From contig NC_081396.1 in the NCBI RefSeq assembly GCF_030684315.1, positions 1,922,001-1,986,000 of the forward strand: DNA of 64,000 nt, in the 5' to 3' direction. The stretch comes from Stegostoma tigrinum. Lineage: Eukaryota. Shown here in pieces: positions 24,486 through 36,865 of this stretch. The notes under the pieces were generated by a model. The model saw only the letters and a program-made list of their open reading frames with translations. It ran no database searches and was not told the DNA's origin. The translations under genes and the position numbers were made by a program. Within the stretch, counting starts at the first letter, position 1. Each line of letters starts with the position of its first letter.

Positions 24486-26000
24486 TTGTGAAACGGTAAT
24501 CTATGATAAGCTCTGAAAATGCAATGTTGATGTGTTCCATCCACCATGATTGAGGGTAGGCACAATAATTCGAAATTCCAATTTCAGCACCAATTTAAAC
24601 AACAGGAGGTTACCGATTTTAATTTAATTATATTTCTCGCTGACCTTCACTGCTGTGTTCAATCAGAAAATAAGTAAAAGATATTTGACTGGATGTTGAT
24701 TTTTGTCTCTCTCCAGAACATACTGCCAGCAGAAATGCGGATATAGTTACATCTTGCTATCAGTTACCATACAACTATTTCAGGTTGAACCTGTTTCCCC
24801 TCGAACCTGTCTGAGGAAACATGTTAGGGCGTACATTTTACTTCTTATCAGCTCTGATGAAGAGTCATCTCGACATGAAACTTCAGCTTGCTCTCTCTTC
24901 ACGAATTCTGATTGACCTGCTGTGATTTCCAGCATTATATGTTTTGACACTTTTTACTTAGTTGTCTTCAAGTTGGCTATATTATATGGTAAATTTCAAA
25001 ATTATGCTGTCACGAATAATCTATTTAATCGAAGTCTGAAATATCATATATTGGTTTGAAGTGAAGGTAACTATTTGGATGCCTTCTGTCCCAATATGGA
25101 CGAGATTTGCTTCAATTTGCAAATTAAAGAATATGTCTGGTGAACATTTAGGCAAAAAGTTCCAGCCTGAACCTTACGCACTGGTTTCAATTCTTTAATT
25201 TAAAAGACACAGGACGCATAATCTGCAGATGCTCCTTTACACCGCAGCATTTGCACTTGAAGATTGTATCGCTTTGAACGGACAGGAAGTTTATTGGAGC
25301 AATTTGAATGAACCATCTGGTGCACCATCCTATTGCAGCAGTGCATAATGTGACAACAGTTTTTCTTTTGCAAAACGTGTGTGAGCTCATGATATTTGTA
25401 TATCAATACATTTCGATGTGAATAATAGAGTCCAATAAAATCCAACTTCTGCATAGTTTGTTCTGATTGTCAGAACTCCATTACAATCGCCACTTAACTT
25501 ATCTGATTCTGTTTGATGATTATGGTTGGAGGTCCAACAGAGAATATTGTGGATTTCAAATATGAAACTTACTTTTATTCAACATTTCACACAGGTGTTG
25601 AAAAAGAAAATATTTAATTCATCGCCTAGGGGCGGATCATATGATAGAAATCTGTGACCTGGCTGTCTCTGGTAACATTCTGTTGAATTCATTCAAATCT
25701 GCGTGTGTAGAAGTCAGGCATTTCTATTCAATTTTCCATTCCTGTTAATGCAAAGCTGATATTTCAAAATGAAAGTATTGAACTGCAAGTTTTGCAAAAC
25801 TGCATTGTTAAAACTTCTCCAGTGTAATTAAATATCCGTGATATGGATAAGGGTCACTCACTGGAGTGATAAGAAGGGAAAATAGTGGAGTACTTTATAG
25901 ATCTAAAGGAATTTTTTTAATTCTATGAACTATTCTTCTCGTCTTAAGTATATGACTGTTCATCTGGAGCTGAACTGTTGTTTCGGTTTATTGGTGAGAA

Positions 26001-26015
26001 AGCGCCTTCTGGTAC
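26001..26015 (-). promoter_or_regulatory. CTCF-like site 3' of V RSS
   Basis: GTACCAGAAGGCGCT ~25 bp past the nonamer; paralogue ACACCAGAAGGCGCT at 51611-51597. Confidence 0.5.
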
Positions 26016-26039
26016 GCTCTAACCAGCACTATCAGGCTG

Positions 26040-26079
26040 AGTTTATGTCGAGGCTGTGCCATAACTCTGCATCAGTGTG
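26040..26079 (-). promoter_or_regulatory. 23(24)-spacer recombination signal sequence
   Basis: CACACTG + 23 nt + GACATAAAC (or 24 nt + ACATAAACT) after YFCAME. Confidence 0.8.
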
Positions 26080-26566
26080 GGCTCCATAGCACAAAAGTAC
26101 ACAGCGGAGTCATCGAAGGTAGTACTGTTGATTGCTAACTCAGTAACCTTCGTGGATTTCGTAAATTTGAATGAGAATCTGTCAGACAAATCAGGATTTC
26201 TGTTCAGAATCGTTTCTGCAATCATGTAAACCATCAACTGTGGAGGCTGCCCTGGGAACTGACTGTACCAGTAAGTATAAGCAGTGGAATCGCTTGTCTT
26301 CAAGCTGCAGGTTACTGTGACATTGTCTCCCTCTTTAACTGTCATTTCAAGATCTGGCTGCTCCACCGAGTTTTGCTGAGTCCCTTGGGGAAAAAAAAAG
26401 CTAAATTCAACTCACAATCATTACCATCGTCGTTTTACTAATAAAATCAGCTTGGGTGCAAACCTCTACGGCAGGGTAATTGGAATGTTGTTGGGGAAAT
26501 AAAAAACAAAACACACTTACTGAAGATTGTTGTAATGATGAGGAGCAGTGCGAGAAGATTCCTCAT
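26080..26566 (-). CDS. T-cell receptor alpha/delta V gene segment, apparently intact (leader exon 26566-26521, V exon 26383-26080)
   Basis: Leader MRNLLALLLIITTIF+A|GTAAGT. V reads TQQNSVEQPDLEMTVKEGDNVTVTCSLKTSDSTAYTYWYSQFPGQPPQL...DRFS...DDSAVYFCAME with no stops. The in-frame acceptor is an AAG after a T-tract. Confidence 0.9.
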
Positions 26567-26574
26567 GGCGCATT

Positions 26575-26885
26575 CCGTGTTTGTAAATCTGTAGTCCGTA
26601 GCAATGTTTGTCCGTGTTTCCAGTTCAAAGCTGTTCCACACAATGACAAATAGTGACGAGTGCAGCAATCTCTCAAGTATCGCAGAGAAGGGAAGGCGTG
26701 TCAGAATCAGGAAGCACCCACAAGCTGAGGGCGGAACTGCCACTGACTCGGCTCTGAGTGGCCTCAGTGCTCCATGAGAGTACAGAATTTGCGGAATGTC
26801 ATGTAGCTGCATCTGGACCTGATGCATGTTGAGAAGTTTGTGACAACCCTGCCTCCTGAGCGATAGAATCACCAAGGGACACATG
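26575..26885 (-). pseudogene. Decayed V remnant immediately upstream of the intact V leader
   Basis: VSLGDSIAQEAGLSQTSQHAS..RCSY ... FSAILER, with nonamer-like ACAAACACG near 26576-26584. Confidence 0.45.
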
Positions 26886-28559
26886 TAACGGGAAGGTATA
26901 AATGTTCAAGAATTGCACGAAAATGATTGAGACAATCTTATTTAATCTGACTGAATTCATGTGCCTTATCATATATTGTTTCACCAAATCAGTAAATCCT
27001 TGTCTCATACGCCCTTTCTGATCTTTATGATGAACTTCAAACCCAGATTTATGTTCTTCCTCTCCACTCATATTTTTCTCCCTCATTGTGTCTCCTCTCC
27101 CTGTTTTCAGTTGCCCAGCTCCTGTCCACAGACTGTGAAAAAAATCAATGAGACCGATCTGGGTCTTTGGCCTCCAGGGAGTCGTTGTATTGGCGAAACA
27201 ATAAAGATCGACCAATAACTCCACTGCTGTTGTAGTGATGAATTTGCTCTTTCATCACCATGGCCATCTGAAGGCACTCATAGGCAATTCCTGTCTTAAG
27301 AAAAAACACAAAGACAGAGCAGTTCTGCAAATATCAGGACAGGTTTCATGTCACAGATGAAGGCATTATACTGGGCCACAAGGAAGGCACGAGAAAAGAG
27401 TCGAAACAAATCGTTGTGACTGTCCAGAGGAGCCATGTTGGTTCCATAGATAACAAAATGTGGAGCTGAATGAGCACACCAGGCCAGCTGCTTGACATGT
27501 TGTGTTCATCCAGGCTCCACATTTTGTTATCTGGGATTCTCCAGCATCTGCAGTTCGCATTATCTTTGGTTTCTGCCTGTAAATAGGATAAATGTAGTTT
27601 CGTGTTTGCTGGTCAACATAGACATGGTGAACTGAAGTGCGTATTTTAATGCTGTATGGATCACTGACTTCAAGGAATATGTAAAGTCAGCATTATATTT
27701 TATTGAAGGGAAAGGCGTTTAGTAAAGCATCTCAGAGTCAAAAAAGTCAATATTGTAACTATCTCTAGTTCAAATAACAAATTCTGTTTCTGGAGTCTAT
27801 AAGTTTGAAACAAAAAAATAAGTATTTTTTGTGATGTACAAACATTTAATTGCAGCAAATGCTTGCCTGTTTTGGAACAAACATTAATCAAGCTTGAATC
27901 CAGAACAATTTGAATCCAGAATTTGGACATACCTATTTTATCGTGGTCATTCTCCATACCATTGTGACTGACTTCAGCAAAGGAAACCTGATTCCCAGAG
28001 CGGTTGGTGTACGAGTTGAAGGCTATATTCAATAGCAATTGTGTATTCAGACACAGGACTAAACCATAAACTGCGGCAACTGCTGCCCAGCATGAAATAA
28101 AGTCATGGGCATTGTCAAATTGCTGAGTTTGTGAATAAAAATGAAATGATGGATTTTGGGAAAGTATGACTAATATTTAGAATCGTTCATTTATTTTATC
28201 GCAATAATAATTAGTTGCCATTCAGATTCTGACAGTTAGAGTTCATTTTTTTTAAACCAAAGCTTCGAATTCAGGTCACCTTTTACATTCTGTCGCAATT
28301 CTCTGTCGAATTGAATGCAGTGCAGAGCAGATGTAATTTGTTATTGAATAAAAATGGTCTAAACTGGAAAAATAAAATAGACAATCACCTTGAAATGGAG
28401 AACTAACGCATAGGTTACTGGAAAAGCTCAACAGGTATGGCAGCAGCTGCGATGAAAAAATCAGATTGGTAATGTGACCCTTCCACTGAAGTGATGGTCG
28501 TTGTGAAATTGTTGGTCGAGATGCAGGCACGAGGGATAGGGGCGGGGAAAACGATAGGA

Positions 28560-30640
28560 TAGGCTATCAACTCCAAAGTGAGAAAAGAGCAAAAAAAAAC
28601 CGAAAGAACTCAGATGCTGTAAATCAGGGACAAAAACAAAGATGATGTAAAATCTCAGCAGTTCTGGTAACATCTGCGAAGAACAGAAACAGAGATAACG
28701 TTTCTTGTCCGGTGACCCTTCATCAGAACTGGATAGCAGTTGGACAGAAAAAGGAGTTGATAACATTCTGGCCTGAAGGGTGAACAGCTGTTAATGGGGA
28801 CCGATATTGACTAACAACAGGGAGTGTGTCATGGCAGGCTATACGAAACAAGGCCTGGGGTGTGGGATAGGGATCTCAGACATCAAAGTGTTTTGGCCCT
28901 AAAATAGTTGAGCTCGATATTAAGTCCAAAGGGTCGCAGTGACCCCAATCCTCAGATGTGCAGTTGCTCCTCCAGCTCGGATTGGATAAGATGGAACACT
29001 GCAGCAAATAAAGCACAGAGACGTTAGCCAGGAAACTGGATTTTTCCGTAAAGTGTCAGGCAACTGGAAGCTTAGGTTCTTTTGTGCGAGTTGAAAGGAG
29101 ATGGCCTGTGAAGCACCCAGTCAATACTTTCCTTCCTCAATATAGATGAGATGATATTGCGAGTATGGAATGCAGTATGTCTAGATTCTCTGAAGCTCAA
29201 ATGAAGAGTTGCTTCATCTGGAAGGTATGTTTGAGCCATTTGATAGTGGAGATTTGGCAGGTGTTACTGGCTACAAGTGAAGGTGCTGTGGATCTATGGA
29301 AGGACTTATTGGGGGTGAAGGGACAGTGAACCAGTGTGTGGCAGAGGGAATGGTCGCTGCAAAAGACTGATAATGGTCGGGATGGGAATATATGCCTAGC
29401 GGTAGTGCAACGTTGGAGGTTGAGAATTAGAGTCTGGTGATCTTCTGGATGTGGATGATGGTGGGTTGTTAGTTAAGGACAACGGGAATCCGAACGCTTT
29501 TGCTGAAAGGAAGACATTGGTTGGGGGTGGAAGTGCGAGAAGTGTATTGAAACCAATTTCGGGCCCTGTCGACAATGGCGTTGACGAATCCTAAACTGAG
29601 AAAGAAGGTGGACATTTGACAGGCTACCTTGTCGAATTTGGCTTCATCTGAATCTATATAATAGCGATGGAGGATCTGGAAAAATGGTGTGCAAACTTCA
29701 CAGGAAGCAGGCAGTATGGATGTATATTCCAGGTTGCTGTCGTTGTCCGTGGGTTTGGGGTGCATAATAGTGGGCAGTCTATCCCCAGAAATGGAAGCAG
29801 CCATTTTCAGTAAGAGAAAGTAGGAGTGAGAGATAGACCAAGTGAAAATGAAGGCAAGGTGGAAAATTGAAGCAAAATCGACAAACTATTACAATCCCAG
29901 ACAAGAGAGGGAAGCAGCACTGATTATACCATCGATATATTGGAGAAAGTGTTATAGGTTACTGCCAGAATAGGGCTGGAGCAAGAAATGTTCCACACAA
30001 CCCACAAGAGAAAAGAATGACTGGTGCCCATGTAGCTTTCCATAGCCAATCCTCTGAGCTGAACAAAATGAGAGGAGCTAAAAGAGAAGTTGCTGAGTTT
30101 CAGGAGGAACTTAGGCAGGCAGAGGGGGTTACTGGTGCGTGGGGTTGGTTTAGGTCTTTGCTCCAGGAGGAAGCAGAGAGCTTAAAGACCGCTCTTCTGG
30201 GAAATGGATGTATAAAGGGAAAGCACAAACATGGTAAGGAGGAGATGGCTGGAGAGTAGGAACTGAAAGTTCTGAAACTAGAGTGAAGTTTCAGACGAAT
30301 CGCAGACTTACATGGATAGGGGTTGGACCAGGGAAGAAACGAAAGCGCCAAGGTATTAAGAGATGCGTTCTGTGAGGAAGGAGCAGGCCGAAAAAATGCA
30401 TCTGCCTGTACAGTCCTCTTTGTGGATATCCAAGAGATGGTAAGTTGTGCGGGCCGGGATAATGTCAACTTTGGAGTAAGTGCGGAGTGAGGGTGGTGTG
30501 TAATCAGATGAAGGGAGATCAGTTACCATAGTCAATGGAATAACCTGGTTGGTAATGTTGGTGTCATGGTCCGCCTAAGAGAGGAGGAGGTATCTGAGAC
30601 ATGGAGCTCAGCCTCTGCAATGAACGTGGTTTCAAAAACT
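28560..30640 (-). mobile_element. Decayed Penelope-like element
   Basis: PLE RT C-terminal and thumb-like peptides (ORF 29469-29804); the terminal repeat carries a hammerhead motif at 28693-28730. Confidence 0.75.
28693..28730 (-). ncRNA. Minimal type I hammerhead ribozyme motif (PLE terminal repeat)
   Basis: AGTT-CTGATGA-AGGGTCACCGGACAA-GAAAC-GTT-ATCT. Confidence 0.55.
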
Positions 30641-30654
30641 TCCAAAATGCAAAT

Positions 30655-33600
30655 TGCAGCTGACTCTTTTATGCAGTCATTTTACATGTCAATTTTCCAC
30701 CAGGAGATCCTTAAGGCTCTCCACAACTTCTTGGAGGAAAAGCCTGAATCGTCCCCAATCACCAGAATACTCTCTGCTCGGTTGAGCTCGTTGTTCCCTT
30801 TTAATGCTGCTCATATTGTTCAGGTCAGATGTTTGTCCATGGGTACCTGAGTGGGCCTGAGATGTGCCCATTTCTTCAAGTGTTACGTGGAGTATTCTTT
30901 TTTCCAGTCATACTCTGGCCACCGCATGCACCTTTTTCTCTGATATATTGATAATATCACCGATTCCGCATCACGCTGTCATCTCGAATTAGAAATGTTC
31001 ATTTATTTCGCTTCAAATTTCTATCATGCCCTCACTTCCACCTGGTCAATCTCTGACTCATCCCTTATATTCCGCGACAATTCTGCTTCCATTTCTGGGA
31101 TCTGTCGCATGCTAATATCCACCAGATGCACGCTGATTCCCAGAGCTACCGGGACGATATATCTACACATCCTGATTCCTCTGAATACCCCATACATTAC
31201 ACAATTCATCTGTTCTATTGCATATGTTGAGACGAGGCCAACTTCGAAAAGAAGGGAGACTTCAAAATGCCTACCATCTGTCACTACCTAGAATCCCACA
31301 GCTCATGGCACACAGCATATGTCAACAAGGCTGTCAACTGTGTCTAACTTATGCCGTCCTCCCTTCCCTCGCATACCACAGTAGCAAATTCAGTTTGCTC
31401 TGTCCTTTCCTACCATGCCACAGAATCCACATCCAGAAGGTCAACAGATGTCATTACTACTGCATCTAGCGAGATGCCACCACCAGAAACATATTTCCCC
31501 CCAATCCCTTGTCCGACTTCAGCACGCACCATTCCTTGAAGGATACCCTGGATCGCTCTTCTTGTCTTCCCAACACACTCCACACAGCCTACGTCACCTT
31601 CCCCTGCATATGGCGAATTTTCACGCATGCCCATTAACATCCTCCTTCCCCACTATCCAGGCCACCAAACACACCTTCTAGGCGAAGCAATACTTCACTT
31701 CCACTTTTCAGAATCTAACCTACTGCGTTCACGGCTCGTAATGTGGTCTCCTCTACATTGGTGAAATGAAACATAGACAGTTTGATCGCTCATAGAGCAA
31801 CTGCATTCTGCTCACAAAGAAAGAAACTAGTCTTGCAGTTGCCTGCCATCTTAAAACACTACCCTTTTCCCTTGTCAGCATCTTTGTATCTGGCTTGCTG
31901 CAAATTTCCAGGGAAACTGAGCACAAGCTGGAAGAACAACACCTCCATTTCTATTTAGGGACACTGCAAGCAACAGAACTCACCAGTGAGTTAAATAATT
32001 TTATGGCATACATTCTTAGAACATAGAACATTAGAGTACAGTACAGACCCTTTGGCTCATGATGTTGTGCCGAATTTTTACCCTAATCTAAGGCCTATCT
32101 AACCTCTACTCTGACCTTTTACCATCATTCATATGCCTAAATAATCACTTTCCTGTGATGAGGCGACCAGAACTGGACACAATATTCCAGATGTGGCCGA
32201 ACCAGGCTTTTGTACAGCTGGAGTATAACTTCATGGCTCTTGAACTAAATCCTTCTATTGTTGAAAGCTAACACACCATATGTGTTCTTAACAGCAGTAT
32301 CCATCTGGGTGGCAGTTTTCAAAGAACTATGGATATGAACCCCAAGATTCCTCTGCTCCTCCACACTGCCAATAATCTTTCCATTAACCCTGCATTCTGC
32401 TTGCAAGTTTATCCTTCTAAAACGAATCACCACACATTTTTCAGTGTTAAACTCCATCTGTCACTTTTCAACCCAGCTCTTCATCCTATCAATTTCACTT
32501 TGTAACACGAACAGCCCTCCACAATATCCACAATGCGACCCACCTTCGTGTCGTCGGTGAACTTACTGATCCACCCTTCCACTCCTTCATCTAAATCATC
32601 TGTAAAAATCACAAATATAAGAGGACCCAAAACAGACCCTTGTGGAATACGAGTCGTAATTGAGGACCATGTTGAATATTTTCCGTCTACTACCACCCTT
32701 TGTCTTCTAAGGGTCAGCCAATTCCGAATCCAATCTGCCACATTTTTCCCTATCCCATGCCTCCTTACCTACCATGAACCTACCATGGGGAACCTTATCA
32801 AACGCCTTATTTAAATCCTTGCTTACCACACCGACAGCTCTACCTTCATCCACATATTTGGCCACCTCTTCAAACAATTCAATAAGCTTTCTGAGGCATG
32901 ATCAACCCCTCATAAATCCATACTGACTATCAACAATCAAACTGGACCTTTCTAAGAGATCATAAATCTTTTCCCTCAAAGCCATTTCCAATAATTTGCA
33001 CACTACTGATGCAGGACTAACTGGCCTGTAATTTCGGGGGTTATCCCTATTCTAATTTTTGAACAAGGGGATGACGTTTGCTACTCTCTAATCTTCGGGC
33101 ACAATACTCTTGGATAGTGAGGATGAAAAGGTCATCGCTAAAGACCCTGCGATCTCTCCCTTGCTTCCTACCGAATCCTTTTATAAATCGCATCTTGCCC
33201 GAGGGATTTATCTATCTTCAAGTTCCTCAAAATTCCTAGCTCATCTTCCTCACTAATATCGATCTCCTCAAGCCTACCAGAATTTTTCACATTTTGTACT
33301 GTACAACTAGGTTCCTCACAGTTGCCTATATCGAAGAAAATTATATATTGAGGATCCCTCCTATCACTTTAGGCTCCGTGCACGAATTCCCTTTAGAATC
33401 CTTGTTCAGCTGTGCTCCTTCTCTGGTTCCATGTCTTAGCAACTTACCACAGACAGCAGACTGCATTGTCACATCGTCTGCCTACTCACACTACTTATTG
33501 TTCATCACCAGCCGTCTCTATTGACATCTGCTCACCATCCTAGCCAGATCGTTGTAAACTCCTACGTCCATCCAAATGCTGTTCTCTCCTGGTTCTATCG

Positions 33601-33790
33601 TCTATCCTATTTATTCCTCTTTACCCCATCCTTCTCCATATCTTCTGCTTATAAAACGATGTTTTCACACCTGCCATCAGTTCTGAGGAAGGATGTTAAC
33701 TCTGATTTATTTTTCTTTGTCCACAGATGTCCCCATATCTCTGAGCTGTTCCAGCACCTTCTTATTTTGTTCCTGATTTATCCACATTTT
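30655..33790 (+). mobile_element. Decayed Penelope-like element (interrupted by CR1 at 32017-33427)
   Basis: RT remnants (QVRCLSMGT, YIDN) and GIY-YIG NLTYCVHGS*CGLLYIGEMKHR at ~31712-31780. Confidence 0.78.
32017..33427 (-). mobile_element. 5'-truncated CR1 LINE nested in a Penelope-like element
   Basis: RT motifs [16 protein letters not shown] and MEFNTEKC; short-repeat 3' tail at ~32018. The flanks are contiguous in cassette B (~56270-56290). Confidence 0.88.
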
Positions 33791-34600
33791 GTCTGGTTTC
33801 TCTGAAGTAGTGTCTTTGTCCTGTTGAAAAGCACATTCATTGTCATCAGATGCCAACTTAAATCGAAAAGTAAAGATGAAATGAACTAGTATGCAAAACC
33901 TTGAGCAGTGATAAACTTTACAATTTGTCGTGCACAATCATTATTCAAAATTGCCATCGTGAGCTGGAAAGTTCCATTCTATGTTCCAAAGCAACAAAGA
34001 ATAGGGGGCAATCTGTTTTGATCCAGTCCAGAAGTAATAAACACGGAAAAAAATCATTCTTTTAACATTGAGAGCAATTTCTTTGCAAAATTGAAGTACT
34101 GTATTGCGTTATCAATGCTGCATTTACTTTTGATATATTAAGAGAAAGTAACGTACACATCGCAACAATGTGAGGAAACTACGCACGTTCAAAATGAAAG
34201 CTGGAGCTTTACGATTAATGCTGAACCATTTCTATTGTTATACTGGAAATGATTTCATTGTGGAAGTTTTAGCGACAATGCAAAAGAAAAACAGCCTAAA
34301 TTAGGGAGGCTGCAAATGAAGCTGAAATGCACTCTATCCCCGCATGCATGTGTTTTACCGGGAAGAAGAACATTGTAGCATTCAAATACAATTTCTGGAG
34401 AGCAAATGTACCCTGCAATTACCACTGTATGTCAGTAGAGGGTAGTGTAAAGCTATGATAAATAATGAACGGAGAGCCCGAGATAGACCAAACTTCGTGA
34501 CAGTGAGAACAGCTATCAGTGTTAAAGGCTTGCTACGAAAGACAAACACTGGAGACACAACATTTTCCAGAAATTCGACAAGAAGCGAACACTAAAGAGG

Positions 34601-34893
34601 ATGTTTGGCTCATAATTTACTATCTGGATAATTGATCTGTCTGCTGCAGACAACCCGTCATTCAGAGACATTTGCTTTAACTGGCACTTCATGAAATTTA
34701 TACACATAGATTATTTTTGCTCTTTTACGGTCTGATCTTTACAGAGGTGGCTGAACAAGATGAGATGAAGCAATACCCTGGGAGGACTTACGTTGGAGAA
34801 ACAGAAATCATATCCATGATTTGCACGAGCACCATTGCCTTTTTTTCCATTGTACACAGTGTTGCAAACATATGGCGAGCTCGTACAGAAAAT
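34601..34893 (+). pseudogene. Internally deleted V (FR1 only) with intact 23-RSS
   Basis: Broken leader at ~34601 (MFGS*FTIWIIDLSAA) and acceptor ctttacAG. Exon 34745-34854 reads VAEQDEMKQYPGRTYVGETEIISMICTSTIAFFSIV, then CACAGTG-23-ACAGAAAAT at 34855-34893. Confidence 0.7.
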
Positions 34894-36399
34894 TACACAG
34901 CGTGGAAGGTGGTTACTGAAAGATGTGCTGTCTATAAGATGGCAGGGCTAATTCTTGGAGTGGGAGGAATGGGAACCAGTTCATGTTGATACCAATGACG
35001 TTGGTATTAACAGATGTGGCACTTCTTGTATTCATGCAGAAGTTACGTCAAAAATGGTACAATGACCCTGGTTGCTATGAATCTTGCCTGCAGGTGAACC
35101 AAAAATAATATCTTCCTTTACGCTTTAAATCATAAAAATGCTTGGTTCTTTATCTCATTGGTCCATCCAAGTTCCTCAGATCGAATGAATCCCTTGATCA
35201 GTTGTAATGAGCTCTGACAGTCAGAGAATAGCTCGGTTCACTGGGGATGTCGAAGAACATGAACGATTTTCCTTCTCTGCACTTTAACACGCATGCGAAA
35301 CTGTTCTTCATCAACATTTAGTTTCATCTTTCTCCAACACCCTGTTGTCACATGAATAAATTCGATTTGATATTCCGTCCCGTCCCGTCCCATCCCAGTG
35401 AAGTCGAGCTCATAGGAGTTTCAATTTCATTGGTTTAATTGAAGAAAAAAAGGAGCTTGAAGCACGTTGGCTATCCACTGATGTCTACACCAAAAAAAAA
35501 ACAACGATTCTGAAATTATTCAACCTCTTGCCGAGTTTTGAGGAAAACAATTTCGACTTTGGCCCACATCTGCTGACATCAACGAAATTGTCTCAGCAAT
35601 CTTTCCCCCAGGAACTATACTTTTTTTTCTGCAGCTGTTCTATTGGTAGATTCATGAATTGTGTATTTTTGCACTTCAGTTCCTTTTCAGGAATTACATA
35701 AACTCGAACAGTTCTATGAACACCGATGCAGCAATGCATTCTTCACCAATTAAGTTTTTTTTTCTGATCTGAGCTTGCCACAGAGCGGAGCACAGTTTGA
35801 CAGAACAAAGCAAACATCCCCGAGTGAATGACAGCAGAAGAGATAAACTGGAAATACAGACAATATACTGAGGCCACAAGGTGTCGAGCTGGATGAACAC
35901 AGCAGGTCAAGCAGCATTGGAGCCTCTTTGGCCTGCACTGTCCATTCAGCTCTCCACCTTGTTATCTCAGATTTCCCAGCATCTGCAGTTCCTACTATCT
36001 CTGAAACAGTGGACTGAGGCCGTCGCGATGACATGACTGAAGGATGAATTTTAAAACCACTGGACATTTGCAGATTTCTTTTCAAATCACGGTGAAAAAT
36101 TTGGAAATGACGTCTTCAGAAGATGTGATATGTCCATTTAAAATAACAAAGTGTGAAGCTGGATGAACACAGCAGGCCAAGCGGCTCCAATATCTCAGGA
36201 GCACAAAAGCTGACGTTTCGGGCCTAGATCCTTCTGCTGCTTGTCCCGCTGTGTTCATTCAACTTCACACTTTGTTATCTTGGATTCACCAGCATCTGCA
36301 ATTCCCATTATCTCTGATCACAATATGTATATTTAAGGCTTGTTTAATCCGTCCAAACCTTTCCCATTACATCAAATGCATTCAGTGTATTGGATAACA

Positions 36400-36865
36400 A
36401 ATTAAATTCACTGATTACTTGTCTGGTCATTGTTCAAGGTGACAGGTCGAATGGGCGTATTAAGAATAATGACGTGGCTTTATGTTTCTTTAATTTACTG
36501 TTAACCTTGATTCTTTTACAGGACGTTTCGAGGATGTTTCGTCCCCCAGAAACTGCCTTCAATCAAAACTCATGCGGGAGATAATGTCAAGTTGTTCTGT
36601 CATCACACAGCTACGAAAGCAACCATCCTAACCTGTTCTGCCACAGTGAGCAGTTCTGCAGTTCTATGGAGTATGTGCTAAATAGAAAGGAAATTATTTG
36701 AAACACGGAGAGATTTCTGAGGAGATTAATTTCTCTCAGAATTTGATCACGTGAAAAGCCAGCGCAGCTGTAAGTGATGTCAACCTTCCTGGCAGAATCC
36801 ATGATGTCTTGCTGCGCACTGAGCCCTACCAAGACTCAGAACCGGTCTGACCCTGTACAAAACTA
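36400..36865 (+). pseudogene. Decayed TCR V pseudogene (cassette B copy of 690-1132)
   Basis: Acceptor ttttacAG at 36521; QKLPSIKTHAGDNVKLFC ... LAESMMSCCALS; 23-nt spacer + ACAAAACTA at 36857-36865. Confidence 0.7.

Larger units (their letters stand above)
1..35375 (+). repeat. Tandem V-cassette copy A
   Basis: Colinear anchors, A/B/C: 90/35475/57471, 1190/36922/57675, 1500/37250/58065, 9300/45831/63941; A/B: 12780/49210, 25055/50608, 33880/56945, 35150/57165. Confidence 0.9.
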
